Origin: an uncultured delta proteobacterium
GTDB lineage: Bacteria > Desulfobacterota > Zymogenia > Zymogenales > Zymogenaceae
Direction of reading: 5' to 3'
NCBI GenBank assembly: GCA_963735595.1
Contig: CAVTLK010000001.1
Location: 256,001-320,000, forward strand
Length of the DNA: 64,000 nucleotides
Positions 1 to 10,519 of this stretch are shown here, piece after piece. The number at the start of each line of letters is the position of its first letter. Positions within the stretch are counted from its first letter, which is position 1. A program made the translations under genes and the position numbers. The notes under the pieces are model-generated. The model did no database searches, was not told the DNA's origin, and saw nothing but the letters and a program-made list of their open reading frames with translations.

Positions 1-104
1 ACGAGAAGTATGGACGCCCGAGGGATTGATAAAGACTTTCGGTGATCCGGGGACACGAAACACGTATTCCCGGCGGCGTGCCGATAAGGCAGGAACATAA
101 AACA

Positions 105-1265
105 ATGAGTGATATCGAATTTCCCATCAATATCGATCGGGAAATGGACCTCAGTAAAGAATTAGCGCGGAAATCGTTGGAAGGCATATCGAGCCTGAAC
201 TACGATGCGTTTGTTGTCTCGGAAGAATGGAAATGGGGAGACGACGAGCGATACGCATTTGCCACGGGGCACGTCCGCGCTATCGAACATCGGCTGATTC
301 CCCCGGACCGTTTTCTCCGTCTTGTTGACGCGAGGAACTCCGCTGAGGTCCTCGGTATGCTCGGCGATACCGACTATGGCAAGGGCTATCAGGACGAGAT
401 GGCGATGATTTCCGGGCCCAGCGCCGATGGGGTCAATATCGAGCAGGTGCTGAAGCAGGAAGCGGAGCGGGTAAAGAAATTCATCAGCGAGCTGACTCAG
501 GATCGGGAACAGACCGATATCCTTTTTTCTCGTTACGACTTCTTCAACCTGAAACTATCGCTCAAGGGCATCTTCGGTAATACCCCGGTGGAGGATTTCT
601 TCCTGCCTCTCGGCACGTTACCTCCGGCACTGATCTACCAGGAAGGAAAAGAGGCCGAGAAATCGGAAGCGCTGCCTCCTCATCTAAAGGAAGCGGCAAT
701 TCAGGCCGCTAAGACGTATACCGATACGAGAAGTTCTATGGAGATAGACCGTGTCGTTGACGCCTCGATGTACCGATATATGCTGAGCCGGACGAGGGAT
801 AAGGAACTGTTCTTCCTCTTCAGACTCATTACAACGGAAATCGACCTTACAAATATCATCACGTTTTTCCGCCTCAAGTGGGTTGGTGAGTCACTACCGA
901 CGCTTCAGTCCGCCTTGATCGAGGGAGGAAGGATTCCCTTTTCGTCATATTACGAGTATTTCCCCCGGGAAATCGATGATATAGAAACGGGCCTTTTGTC
1001 CGACGAGGTCTACCATGACTTCATCGCGGAGGGGGTGCACCATCTGAAGAACGAGAATTCCTTCATCAGGATGGAGTCGCTCATAGACCGGGAACTCATG
1101 AAGATCATCAGCCGGGAAAAGGAGATCAACTTCGGGGTTGAGGTACTTATCGCCTATTTTTACAAGAAATCTATTGAGATGAAAAAACTCAGAACCGTTA
1201 TTATCGGTAAGGAAAACGGGCTTTCACCTGACGAGATTAAGGCAAGGTTGGGTTATGTCGGATAG
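105..1265 (+). CDS. ntpC: V/A-type ATP synthase subunit C (operon 1)
   Basis: YAFATGHVRAIE N-terminal motif, DFFNLK, and C-terminal EMKKLRTVIIGKENGLSPDEIKARL typical of subunit C; precedes F-A-B-D. ATG at 105 after AGGA chosen as start. Confidence 0.88.
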   Translation: MSDIEFPINIDREMDLSKELARKSLEGISSLNYDAFVVSEEWKWGDDERYAFATGHVRAIEHRLIPPDRFLRLVDARNSAEVLGMLGDTDYGKGYQDEMAMISGPSADGVNIEQVLKQEAERVKKFISELTQDREQTDILFSRYDFFNLKLSLKGIFGNTPVEDFFLPLGTLPPALIYQEGKEAEKSEALPPHLKEAAIQAAKTYTDTRSSMEIDRVVDASMYRYMLSRTRDKELFFLFRLITTEIDLTNIITFFRLKWVGESLPTLQSALIEGGRIPFSSYYEYFPREIDDIETGLLSDEVYHDFIAEGVHHLKNENSFIRMESLIDRELMKIISREKEINFGVEVLIAYFYKKSIEMKKLRTVIIGKENGLSPDEIKARLGYVG

Positions 1266-1590
1266 CAAGGTAATGGTCATCGGCGATAGGGACGCCGTGC
1301 TGGGTTTCGGAGCGCTCGGGGTAAAAGTCAGCACGCCTCCGGCTGAAGCGGAAAGGATTCGAGAGGCCATCAGGTCCGCCATTGACGAAGAAGTGGCGAT
1401 TCTCTTCATCACAGAGCGTCTGGCGGAGGAAGTCCCCGAAATGATCAAGGACCTTTCTCGGCGGCCGCTTCCGTCCGTCGTAGTGATACCGGATGCGTCC
1501 GGCAGCAAGGGTATGGGCCTCAAGAAGCTTAATGAAATCATCGTCAAGGCGGTCGGCTCGACGATCGGTGCTCAGGAAGAAACCAACTGA
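1255..1590 (+). CDS. ntpF: V/A-type ATP synthase subunit F (operon 1)
   Basis: VIGDRDAVLGFGALG and ITERLA...VVIP...KAVG signatures; operon position. Confidence 0.9.
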   Translation: MSDSKVMVIGDRDAVLGFGALGVKVSTPPAEAERIREAIRSAIDEEVAILFITERLAEEVPEMIKDLSRRPLPSVVVIPDASGSKGMGLKKLNEIIVKAVGSTIGAQEETN

Positions 1591-1708
1591 CGGGCGGTAG
1601 GACGTGCCCGCCGGTCCGCTCTACAAGGAAAGATAAGCAGAACAAAATAGTATACACGCAGGTTAGAGATACTATAACAAAAGGGATATACGGAGAAACG
1701 GTGGATCT

Positions 1709-3493
1709 ATGAAACAGGGTGTCATTATCAAGGTTTCGGGACCCCTTGTGGTTGCCGATAATATGTCCGACTCCAAAATGTTTGACGTGGTGAAGGTGAG
1801 CGATGAGGGACTCATCGGCGAGATCATCGAGCTCCACGGCGACAAGGCCTTTATCCAGGTCTATGAAGAGACCGGGGGTATAGGCCCGGGCGATCCGGTC
1901 TACCCGACTTATATGCCGCTCTCGGTGGAGCTTGGGCCGGGACTGGTTACGTCGATTTACGATGGAATCCAGAGACCGCTTTCCGTTATCAAGGATCAGG
2001 TCGGCGATTATATAACCCGGGGAGTCGTGGCCGCGCCTCTCGACCACAACAAGGTCTGGGACTTCACGGCGACCGCCAAGGAAGGCGACGAAGTCGTGAC
2101 GGGAGACATCCTGGGAGAAATCAAGGAGACGGTCGCCGTTGTTCACCGGATCATTGTGCCGCACGGCGTGAAGGGAAAGATAAAGAAGCTCAAATCGGGA
2201 CAATATAAGATCGACGATACCGTCTGCGATGTTGAGACCAAGGACGGCATCAAGAATATCACGATGGTGCAGAAGTGGCCCGTCCGCGTTCCGCGTCCCT
2301 ATAAACGAAAGCTCCGGCCCGAAAATCTCCTGATCACAGGACAGCGGGTCGTGGACGCATTCTTCCCGCTGGCGAAGGGTGGAACGGCGTGCGTTCCCGG
2401 CCCGTTCGGGAGCGGCAAGACCGTTATCCAGCACCAGCTGGCCAAGTGGGCGGATGCCGAGATCATCGTCTATATCGGGTGCGGTGAGCGAGGAAATGAG
2501 ATGACGGACGTTCTCCTGGAATTCCCGCACCTCAAAGACCCGAAATCGGGAGCGACGCTCATCAACCGAACCGTCCTTATCGCCAACACCTCAAACATGC
2601 CGGTTGCTGCGCGGGAGGCCTCGGTCTATACGGGGATCACGATCGCGGAGTATTTCCGCGATATGGGATACTCGGTGGCCGTCATGGCCGACTCGACGTC
2701 CCGGTGGGCGGAGGCGATGCGCGAGATATCGGGACGTCTTGAAGAGATGCCCGGTGAGGAAGGATATCCGGCGTACCTCGGCACCAGGATCGCGGAGTTC
2801 TACGAGCGCTCGGGGCGGGTATCGGTCCTCTGCTCGGGGAACCGTGAGGGCAACCTCTCGACAATCGGCGCCGTCTCACCTCCGGGCGGTGACCTTTCCG
2901 ACCCGGTCGTTCAGGCGACGCTCAGGGTCGTCAAGGTGTTCTGGAGCCTCGAAGATAAGCTTGCGTTTCAGCGGCACTTCCCGGCCATTTCGTGGCTCAA
3001 CAGCTATTCGCTCTACCATGAGAATCTCGAAGCGAGCCTCAGGAAAGAGGTGGCCCATGATATCGTGGAAACACGGCAGGAAGCCATGAAGATACTCCAG
3101 GAAGAGGCTGAGCTGGCCGAAATCGTAAAACTGGTCGGCGTCGATTCCCTTTCCCCGGGCGACCGGATTACCCTGGAAACGGCGCGTTCGCTGCGTGAAG
3201 ACTTCCTTCATCAAAACGCGTTCCATGAAGTGGATTCGTACTGCTCGTCAAAGAAGATGAACACCATGCTCAAGCTCATCCTGAAGCTTCATCACTTATC
3301 GCTTGATGCGCTGCATGGAGGGGTTCCCTTTGAAGAGTTAGCCAAGATAAAGGTAAAAGAGGATATCGCGCGATCTAAGTATATCCCTGAAGACCAGGCT
3401 GCTCAGCTTGATAAGATCGAGAAGAACGCGGAGAGCGAGATTGAGGTCCTCAGAAATATGTACGGCCAAAAGGAAGTCGTACTGGGCTTTTAG
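1709..3493 (+). CDS. ntpA: V/A-type ATP synthase catalytic subunit A (operon 1)
   Basis: P-loop [42 protein letters not shown]. Confidence 0.98.
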   Translation: MKQGVIIKVSGPLVVADNMSDSKMFDVVKVSDEGLIGEIIELHGDKAFIQVYEETGGIGPGDPVYPTYMPLSVELGPGLVTSIYDGIQRPLSVIKDQVGDYITRGVVAAPLDHNKVWDFTATAKEGDEVVTGDILGEIKETVAVVHRIIVPHGVKGKIKKLKSGQYKIDDTVCDVETKDGIKNITMVQKWPVRVPRPYKRKLRPENLLITGQRVVDAFFPLAKGGTACVPGPFGSGKTVIQHQLAKWADAEIIVYIGCGERGNEMTDVLLEFPHLKDPKSGATLINRTVLIANTSNMPVAAREASVYTGITIAEYFRDMGYSVAVMADSTSRWAEAMREISGRLEEMPGEEGYPAYLGTRIAEFYERSGRVSVLCSGNREGNLSTIGAVSPPGGDLSDPVVQATLRVVKVFWSLEDKLAFQRHFPAISWLNSYSLYHENLEASLRKEVAHDIVETRQEAMKILQEEAELAEIVKLVGVDSLSPGDRITLETARSLREDFLHQNAFHEVDSYCSSKKMNTMLKLILKLHHLSLDALHGGVPFEELAKIKVKEDIARSKYIPEDQAAQLDKIEKNAESEIEVLRNMYGQKEVVLGF

Positions 3494-3518
3494 ATAATTA
3501 CAGGGGAGCTATCTTCAG

Positions 3519-4916
3519 ATGCAAAAGGAATATCTTACCATAAAAGATATATACGGCCCGCTGGTCATCGTCGAGGGTGTAGAGGGAGTGAAGTACGAGG
3601 AGCTGGTGACGGTGGAACTGAAAAACGGCGACAAACGGGCCGGTAAAGTCCTCGAGGTGGACGGCGACAAGGCAATGATCCAGCTGTTCGAGGGGACGAC
3701 GGGCGTGGATATTTATACCTCCCGGGTCCGCTTCCTGGGCAGGGGAATCCAGATCGCCCTGTCGGAGGATATCCTCGGCCGGGTATTCGATGGGATGGCA
3801 AATCCGATAGACGACGGACCCCAGATCATCGCCGAAAAGCGCATTGATATCAACGGCGACCCGATCAATCCGTACGCTCGCGACTATCCCGAGGAGTTCA
3901 TACAGACCGGGATCTCGTCAATCGACGGCCTCAATACGCTGGTCCGCGGTCAGAAGCTCCCGATATTTTCCGGGTCGGGCCTCCCGCACAACCGGCTTGC
4001 CGCTCAGATCGCGCGACAGGCAAAGGTGCGCGGCTCGGGCGAGAGCTTCGCGGTGGTTTTTGCGGCCATGGGCATCACGTTTGAAGAGGCCAATTACTTC
4101 ATCCTCGAATTCAACAAGACCGGCGCTATCGACCGATCGGTTCTCTTCCTCAACCTGGCCAACGACCCGGCCCTCGAGCGCGTGGCGACCCCGAGAATGG
4201 CGCTGACCGCGGCCGAATACCTCGCCTTTGACAAGGGTATGCACGTGCTGGTTATACTTACGGATATGACCAACTACTGCGAGGCGCTGCGGGAGATATC
4301 GGCGGCCCGAAAGGAGATCCCGGGACGCCGCGGATACCCGGGCTACCTGTATACCGACCTTTCGACGATCTACGAACGGGCCGGCAAGATCCAGGGGAAA
4401 AGCGGATCCATTACCCAGATCCCGATCCTGACCATGCCCGAGGATGACAAGACACACCCGATCCCGGACCTGACCGGTTACATTACGGAGGGACAGATTA
4501 TCCTGTCCAGGGTCCTGTATCGCAAGAACGTTATGCCCCCCATCGACGTGCTGCCTTCGCTTTCCCGCCTCAAAGATAAAGGCATGGGCAAAGACAAGAC
4601 CCGCGAGGACCACGCGGACGTCAACAACCAGCTGTTTGCGGCGTACGCCCGCGGAAAGGAAGCCCAGGAGCTTGCGGTCATCCTCGGTGAAGCGGCGCTC
4701 TCGGAAATCGACAAGATGTTCTTTGATTTTGCAAATACCTTTGAGATGAGCTACGTCTCACAGGGTGAATATGACGATCGCAGCATCGAGGAGACCCTGG
4801 ACCTTGGTTGGAAGCTCCTGTCGGTCTTTCCGACCGGCGAGCTCAAGCGTATCAGGGCCGAATACCTCAGCAAGTACCTGCCGAGATTCAAGAAGGAAGA
4901 AGCGGCAGCCGACTAA
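3519..4916 (+). CDS. ntpB: V/A-type ATP synthase subunit B (operon 1)
   Basis: [45 protein letters not shown]. Confidence 0.98.
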   Translation: MQKEYLTIKDIYGPLVIVEGVEGVKYEELVTVELKNGDKRAGKVLEVDGDKAMIQLFEGTTGVDIYTSRVRFLGRGIQIALSEDILGRVFDGMANPIDDGPQIIAEKRIDINGDPINPYARDYPEEFIQTGISSIDGLNTLVRGQKLPIFSGSGLPHNRLAAQIARQAKVRGSGESFAVVFAAMGITFEEANYFILEFNKTGAIDRSVLFLNLANDPALERVATPRMALTAAEYLAFDKGMHVLVILTDMTNYCEALREISAARKEIPGRRGYPGYLYTDLSTIYERAGKIQGKSGSITQIPILTMPEDDKTHPIPDLTGYITEGQIILSRVLYRKNVMPPIDVLPSLSRLKDKGMGKDKTREDHADVNNQLFAAYARGKEAQELAVILGEAALSEIDKMFFDFANTFEMSYVSQGEYDDRSIEETLDLGWKLLSVFPTGELKRIRAEYLSKYLPRFKKEEAAAD

Positions 4917-5039
4917 TCCCGATATACGGAAAGGGTTGCGTTACGGTGAATACAGGTAGCGCACGTAATTGCGCTATCAGGTAAGGACGGATTTTGAATT
5001 GCCCGACTGTGGGACATAACAGGAAGACAGCGTAGCCAT

Positions 5040-5660
5040 ATGAAACTTAACGTTAATAGCACACGGATGGAGCTCATGAGGCTTAAGAAACGCCTCATCG
5101 TCGCGCAGCGCGGCCATAAGCTCCTCAAGGACAAGCAGGACGAGTTGATGCGCCAGTTCATGGAGATCATCGAGGAGACGCGGACCATCCGGGCCAAGAT
5201 TGAAAAGGACCTCTCCGATATCTTAAAACGGTTTATACATATCAACTCGTACATGGGATCGGAGCGGGTTTACGAGGCACTCGTACTTCCGTCGGTAAAG
5301 ATAGACCTCACTGTCAGGGTAATCTCCATTATGAACGTAAAGGTGCCGGAGATTACCTTCAAGCAGGAAGGATCGGTCAGATGTTACGGGTATGCGGAGA
5401 CGTCCGGGGAACTGGACCTCTACCTGATTGATCTGGGCAGGATATTCGGTGATATGATACGGCTGGCGCAAAATGAGAAGCGCGCCGAGCTCCTGGCCGA
5501 TGAGCTGGTAAAGACACGGCGTCGCGTCAATGCACTTGAGTACGTCCTGATACCTAATATTAAGGAGACCGTCCGGTATATCACGATTAAACTCGACGAG
5601 ATGGAGCGTTCAAACCTCTCGCGCCTTATGAAGGTGAAGGACATCGTACGGGCGAAATAA
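5040..5660 (+). CDS. ntpD: V/A-type ATP synthase subunit D (operon 1)
   Basis: TRMELMRLKKRL...RGHKLLKDKQDEL and KTRRRVNALE. Confidence 0.95.
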   Translation: MKLNVNSTRMELMRLKKRLIVAQRGHKLLKDKQDELMRQFMEIIEETRTIRAKIEKDLSDILKRFIHINSYMGSERVYEALVLPSVKIDLTVRVISIMNVKVPEITFKQEGSVRCYGYAETSGELDLYLIDLGRIFGDMIRLAQNEKRAELLADELVKTRRRVNALEYVLIPNIKETVRYITIKLDEMERSNLSRLMKVKDIVRAK

Positions 5661-5719
5661 GATGCCCCTAAAAGCCCCGCGAGCCTCACGAGGCTCCTTT
5701 CGGGGCTTTAAATATAGAC

Positions 5720-5744
5720 AGACGGCCGAAAGGCCGTCTTTTTT
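5720..5744 (+). terminator. Intrinsic terminator of ATPase operon 1
   Basis: AGACGGCC-GAAA-GGCCGTCT then a T-run; another hairpin at ~5670-5710 just upstream. Confidence 0.8.
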
Positions 5745-5851
5745 ATTGTCACTGCCGGACAACTCGACTACTATTAGTTCACGGGAATCTCCGGGGCCTT
5801 CCGATAATTCGGATTATAATGTATCGTAACCCGTTGGGGAGGAACTGACGA

Positions 5852-6211
5852 ATGTTATGCTCTTCGTGCGGCCAGACAAACGCCGATGACGTCCGTGTAT
5901 GTTCGAAGTGCGGCGCCGAGCTGGGATCGGGCCGAAATCCGGGGACGGATAAACCCTATCTCTCGAACTACCTGGCGCCCGCGGTCATTGTCACCTTCAT
6001 CTGCTGTATGCCGCTGGGTGCGGTGGCGCTTATCTTTGCCGCTCAGGTCAACGGGCGCCAGATTGCCGGCCAATGGGAAGAGGCCAGGAAATCGTCGGAA
6101 AGCGCGCGCCTCTGGTGTTGGATCGCCTTCGGAGTGGGCATCGTCTTCTGGACACTCTACATCACGCTCATAATAGTCATCATGATCCTCGGAAGCAAGG
6201 GGCAGTTGTGA
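5852..6211 (+). CDS. Zinc-ribbon + CD225/dispanin family membrane protein
   Basis: N-terminal CxxCG...CxxCG; NYLAPAVIVTFICCMPLGAVALIFAAQV...EARKSSESARLW matches the CD225 pattern. Confidence 0.85.
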   Translation: MLCSSCGQTNADDVRVCSKCGAELGSGRNPGTDKPYLSNYLAPAVIVTFICCMPLGAVALIFAAQVNGRQIAGQWEEARKSSESARLWCWIAFGVGIVFWTLYITLIIVIMILGSKGQL

Positions 6212-6212
6212 C

Positions 6213-6641
6213 GTGGTGAGAGACCGGATTGTATTGCAGGGTCGGAAGGGGAGTATAGCTGCCGTTGCTATGGTTCTCGCCATCGGCGCCGTGTGTATTA
6301 TCCTCTTTTTCATCGATCCGGGAACGTCGTCGATGCTGCCGCCCTGTCCCTTCCACTGGTTGACAGGCCTATGGTGTCCCGGATGCGGGTCCGTCCGGGC
6401 ACTTCACGCATTGCTGCATGCCGACATACTGCAGGCCCTTGATTTTAACCCGCTCATGGTTATGTCGCTGCCGCTTCTCGGCTACGCCGGGATGTCATGG
6501 TTGTGTCTCTATACCCGGGGTAGACTGCTCCCAAGGATATTCACCGGTCGATACTGGGGGTGGCTTGTTGTTAGCCTTGTTCTCGTCTACTGGGTCGTGA
6601 GAAATATACCCGTCTATCCCCTTACCATACTATCCCCCTAA
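6213..6641 (+). CDS. DUF2752 family membrane protein
   Basis: PPCPFHWLTGLWCPGCGSVRALHALL...FNPL and C-terminal VVRNIP; commonly paired with CD225 genes. Confidence 0.85.
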   Translation: MVRDRIVLQGRKGSIAAVAMVLAIGAVCIILFFIDPGTSSMLPPCPFHWLTGLWCPGCGSVRALHALLHADILQALDFNPLMVMSLPLLGYAGMSWLCLYTRGRLLPRIFTGRYWGWLVVSLVLVYWVVRNIPVYPLTILSP

Positions 6642-6812
6642 CTATCTACCCATATATCATACCGACTTTACTCGATTTACCTCCGGGCAGGCTCAATCAA
6701 ATAGATGAGCCGGTTTAGTAAACAGTATAGGGAGAATTCGAGATATATCTTATGCCTTGACAATGGGACGGAAATAGCATAATTTGAAACGTTACTTACA
6801 GAAGCAGGTACC

Positions 6813-7640
6813 GTGAAAGAAAAGGAACATCACATCTCACAAAACGGTTCCATCGGGGTATTCGATTCGGGGGTAGGGGGGCTCACCGTGCTTCGCGAGA
6901 TCGTCCGGGCCCTCCCGAACGAGGACTGCGTGTACCTCGGCGATACTGCGCGATTGCCCTACGGAAACAAATCCCGGGACACCGTTACCAAGTTTGCCCT
7001 CCAGAACTCAAGATTCCTCGTGTCGCTCGGGATAAAATTCCTGGTCATCGCGTGTAATACCGCCGCATCGGCGGGGCTCGATGCCGTCAAAGATAGCTTC
7101 GACATACCGACTACGGGTGTCATAAAACCGGAAGCGCTGAGGGCCGCCAGGACTACGAAAAACCGAAAGGTCGGTGTAATCGGCACAAGGTCAACGATAG
7201 CCAGCGGCGCTTACGAGCGAGAAATACACCGTCATGATTCGGGCATAACGGTCATCACCAAGCCGTGCCCCCTCTTTGTCCCGCTGGCCGAGGAGGGATG
7301 GTTTGAAGAAGACGTAACACGTACAATTGCAGAGCGCTATCTTGCCGATCTCATTGGCGAGGAAGTAGATACGCTCGTGCTTGGGTGCACGCACTACCCG
7401 CTCCTCAAAAAGGTGATCGCCGAGACGATGGGCCGTGACGTGGCCCTGATCGATTCGGCGGGTCCGATCGCACGGGAAGTGAAGGATACGCTCGAATCGA
7501 TGAGAATGCTGAGAGACGAAAATACACTGCGGCATCTCACCTATTACGTTACCGATGACCCAAAGATATTTACACGGGTCGGAGAATCATTTCTGGGATT
7601 TCCCCTCGAAGACGTTCGGCACGTCGATATTGCGGTTTGA
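6813..7640 (+). CDS. murI: Glutamate racemase
   Basis: IGVFDSGVGGLTV, PYG, IACNTA, LGCTHYP. Confidence 0.97.
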   Translation: MKEKEHHISQNGSIGVFDSGVGGLTVLREIVRALPNEDCVYLGDTARLPYGNKSRDTVTKFALQNSRFLVSLGIKFLVIACNTAASAGLDAVKDSFDIPTTGVIKPEALRAARTTKNRKVGVIGTRSTIASGAYEREIHRHDSGITVITKPCPLFVPLAEEGWFEEDVTRTIAERYLADLIGEEVDTLVLGCTHYPLLKKVIAETMGRDVALIDSAGPIAREVKDTLESMRMLRDENTLRHLTYYVTDDPKIFTRVGESFLGFPLEDVRHVDIAV

Positions 7641-7673
7641 TGAGATTGCGACCGACACGTGGAGAATACGAGT

Positions 7674-9713
7674 ATGGCGGGTGAAGGCAGGTTAAAAAAG
7701 ATCCGAAATATCGGGATCATATCCCATATTGATGCGGGGAAGACTACCGTCACCGAAAGGATACTCTACTATACCGGTGTTTCGTATAAGATCGGGGAAG
7801 TTCATGACGGCCAGGCGATCATGGATTGGATGCCTCAGGAACAGGAGCGGGGGATTACCATTAGCAGCGCAACGACCACCTGCCAGTGGCTCGACCATGA
7901 GATTCATATTATCGATACTCCGGGACATGTCGATTTTACGATAGAGGTTGAACGGTCGCTCAGGGTCCTGGACGGGGCAATCGCTATATTCTCGGCAGTG
8001 GAGGGAGTGGAGCCCCAGTCGGAGACCGTTTGGCACCAGGCGGACCGGTATCGCGTTCCACGGATCGCATTTATCAACAAGATGGATCGCGTTGGCTCCA
8101 ACCTCTTTGCCGTCCTTGATATGATCGTTGAAAAACTGGGAGTTAAGCCGCTTCTCATGCAGCTCCCGATCGGGACAGAGGCCGATTTCACGGGAATCGT
8201 GGATCTCATTGGCATGAAGAGCTTTACGTTTTCTCAGGACGATCTCGGCGTAACGGTAAATACGGCCGATGTGACCGATCCTATAAGGGATGAAGCCCTA
8301 CGAATGCGTGAAAGGATTATCGAAGCGGCGGCGGATATTGAAGACGGGCTGGCCGAGAAGTATCTCGAAGACGGAGATGTCTCGGCAGAGGAGATACGGG
8401 CAGCCCTGAGAAAGGGAGTAATCGGGGGTACGATCGTTCCCGTCTTTATCGGATCGGGACTTAAGAACAAAGGAATACAGCCGTTACTTGACGCCGTCGT
8501 AGATTACCTCCCGTCACCGCTGGACGTACCGCCCGTGGAAGGAGTAAATCCCGAGACCGGCAACGTCGAGATCAGGCAGAGCAGCGACTCGGAGGCATCG
8601 GCGGCGCTCGCCTTTAAGGTCCAGATGGACGGCGGGAGGAAAGTCACCTACTTCCGAGTATACTCGGGCGTGCTCAAGGCAGGAGAGGAGGTCTATAACC
8701 CCCGGCTCAAACATCCCGAGAAGATCGCCCGGCTGCTGAAGATCCATGCCAACAGAAAAGAACGGATCGACGTGGCCAGGGCCGGTGATATCGCGGCGGC
8801 CATGGGACTGAAGGATACCGCAACAGGTGATACTCTGTGCGATAAGGACAGACCGATCCTGCTTGAATCGATATCGTTTATGGACCCGGTCATCAGCATG
8901 GCCATTGAGCCCAAGACCGTCCTCGACCAGGAAAAGCTGGCCGATTCACTCGAAAAGCTCGTAGAAGAAGATCCGACACTGTCGGTATCGGTCAACGAAG
9001 ATACGGGCCAGACGATCATATCAGGTATGGGAGAGCTTCACCTTGAAATCCTGATCGATCGACTCAAACGGGAGTTTAACGTATCTGCAAATGTCGGAAA
9101 ACCGCAGGTGGTCTACCGCGAAACAATTATGGAGCCCTCGATGTCGGAAATTACCCTCGATCGCGAGATCGCGGGCCAGGCGCGGTATGCGAAGGTCTCG
9201 GTTCTCATGGAGCCGCAGGAGCGGGGTAAGGGGGTGGATGTTAAGAGCCGAATCGAGCCGGATGTTTTCCCGTCGAAGCTTATTGAGGCCGCTCTTTCTG
9301 CTATGGAAGATGCGTCGCTATCAGGTCCGATCCTCGGCTATCCGCTCCACGACGTCAAGCTCAGGCTGCTCTCGGCGGAAAAACGAGACGGCGTCAGCGA
9401 CGAGATGGCGTTTTCGATAGCCGCCGGCATGGCCGTAAAGGAGGCCGCGCGAAGCGGTCATCCCTTGCTCCTTGAGCCGATTATGGTTGTCGATATAGTT
9501 ACGCCCGAGGAATTCATGGGAGAGATCATCGGTGACCTGAATGGGCGGGGCGGTCACTTGAGGGGAATAGATACTCGCGGTAAAATAAAGGACATCAAGG
9601 CCGACGTTCCACTATCAAGGATGTTCGGGTACTCCACGTCTCTGAGATCATTCAGCCAGGGTAGGGCAACCTTCAGCATGCACTTTTCGCGTTACGACAG
9701 CATGGAGGATTGA
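7674..9713 (+). CDS. fusA: Elongation factor G (standalone, divergent paralog)
   Basis: [47 protein letters not shown]; not in the rpsL-rpsG-tuf context. Confidence 0.93.
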   Translation: MAGEGRLKKIRNIGIISHIDAGKTTVTERILYYTGVSYKIGEVHDGQAIMDWMPQEQERGITISSATTTCQWLDHEIHIIDTPGHVDFTIEVERSLRVLDGAIAIFSAVEGVEPQSETVWHQADRYRVPRIAFINKMDRVGSNLFAVLDMIVEKLGVKPLLMQLPIGTEADFTGIVDLIGMKSFTFSQDDLGVTVNTADVTDPIRDEALRMRERIIEAAADIEDGLAEKYLEDGDVSAEEIRAALRKGVIGGTIVPVFIGSGLKNKGIQPLLDAVVDYLPSPLDVPPVEGVNPETGNVEIRQSSDSEASAALAFKVQMDGGRKVTYFRVYSGVLKAGEEVYNPRLKHPEKIARLLKIHANRKERIDVARAGDIAAAMGLKDTATGDTLCDKDRPILLESISFMDPVISMAIEPKTVLDQEKLADSLEKLVEEDPTLSVSVNEDTGQTIISGMGELHLEILIDRLKREFNVSANVGKPQVVYRETIMEPSMSEITLDREIAGQARYAKVSVLMEPQERGKGVDVKSRIEPDVFPSKLIEAALSAMEDASLSGPILGYPLHDVKLRLLSAEKRDGVSDEMAFSIAAGMAVKEAARSGHPLLLEPIMVVDIVTPEEFMGEIIGDLNGRGGHLRGIDTRGKIKDIKADVPLSRMFGYSTSLRSFSQGRATFSMHFSRYDSMED

Positions 9714-9714
9714 C

Positions 9715-10476
9715 ATGAGGCGTATATTCTATAACCTGGTATTTCCGCTCTATATACCCTTCTTCTTCCTTTTCGTCTCCATGAGTACCTTTTTCTTCGG
9801 AACGATCGTTATAATCCTTGCGTTCATTCCCGGGTTGGACCCGAAGAGAAATATCGGCAACTGGATCGGGCGTCTGTGGTCGTGGATGAACCTCGGGCTT
9901 TCGGGGACCTCGGTCGAGATGAGAGGACGATCCAAGATCGATCCGGAACATTCTTACGTTGTCATGTCCAACCATCAGAGCCACTTCGATGTGTGGGCGC
10001 TCATCGCCTATCTCCCGCTGCAGCTTCGGTGGGTTATGAAGATTGAACTGAGGTCAATCCCGATCTTTGGACTCGGCTGCGAGAAACTCGGGATGATATA
10101 TGTTGATCGAGGGGATTCGGCAAAATCGCGTGAGAGCCTGGAGGTGGCCAAGGAAAAAATCAGGGCCGGCGCCTCTGTGGTCTTTTTCCCTGAAGGCACG
10201 CGCAGTCCCGACGGACTTGTTCACGAGTTTAAGAAGGGCGGCTTTGTGATGGCTCTTGCCACAGAGACGCCGATTCTTCCGATAACTATTAATGGGAGCA
10301 GATACGCCCTTCCAAAAGACATGCCCCTTCTTATGAAGCCCGGCGACATAGAGATTATCATTCACGACCCGGTCGAAGTATCGGGCCTCACCTACGAAGA
10401 CCGGGACGAGTTGATGGACAGGATCAGGAAAACGATAGAGGCGGATCTCGATCTCGAATACGGGAGAATCGTGTAA
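9715..10476 (+). CDS. plsC: 1-acyl-sn-glycerol-3-phosphate (lysophospholipid) acyltransferase
   Basis: NHQSHFD and FFPEGTRS acyltransferase motifs, FKKGGF, N-terminal TM helix. Confidence 0.92.
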   Translation: MRRIFYNLVFPLYIPFFFLFVSMSTFFFGTIVIILAFIPGLDPKRNIGNWIGRLWSWMNLGLSGTSVEMRGRSKIDPEHSYVVMSNHQSHFDVWALIAYLPLQLRWVMKIELRSIPIFGLGCEKLGMIYVDRGDSAKSRESLEVAKEKIRAGASVVFFPEGTRSPDGLVHEFKKGGFVMALATETPILPITINGSRYALPKDMPLLMKPGDIEIIIHDPVEVSGLTYEDRDELMDRIRKTIEADLDLEYGRIV

Positions 10477-10519
10477 TAGGTAATCGATACGCATCGCTAA
10501 TTCAACAAAGGACTGTTAC

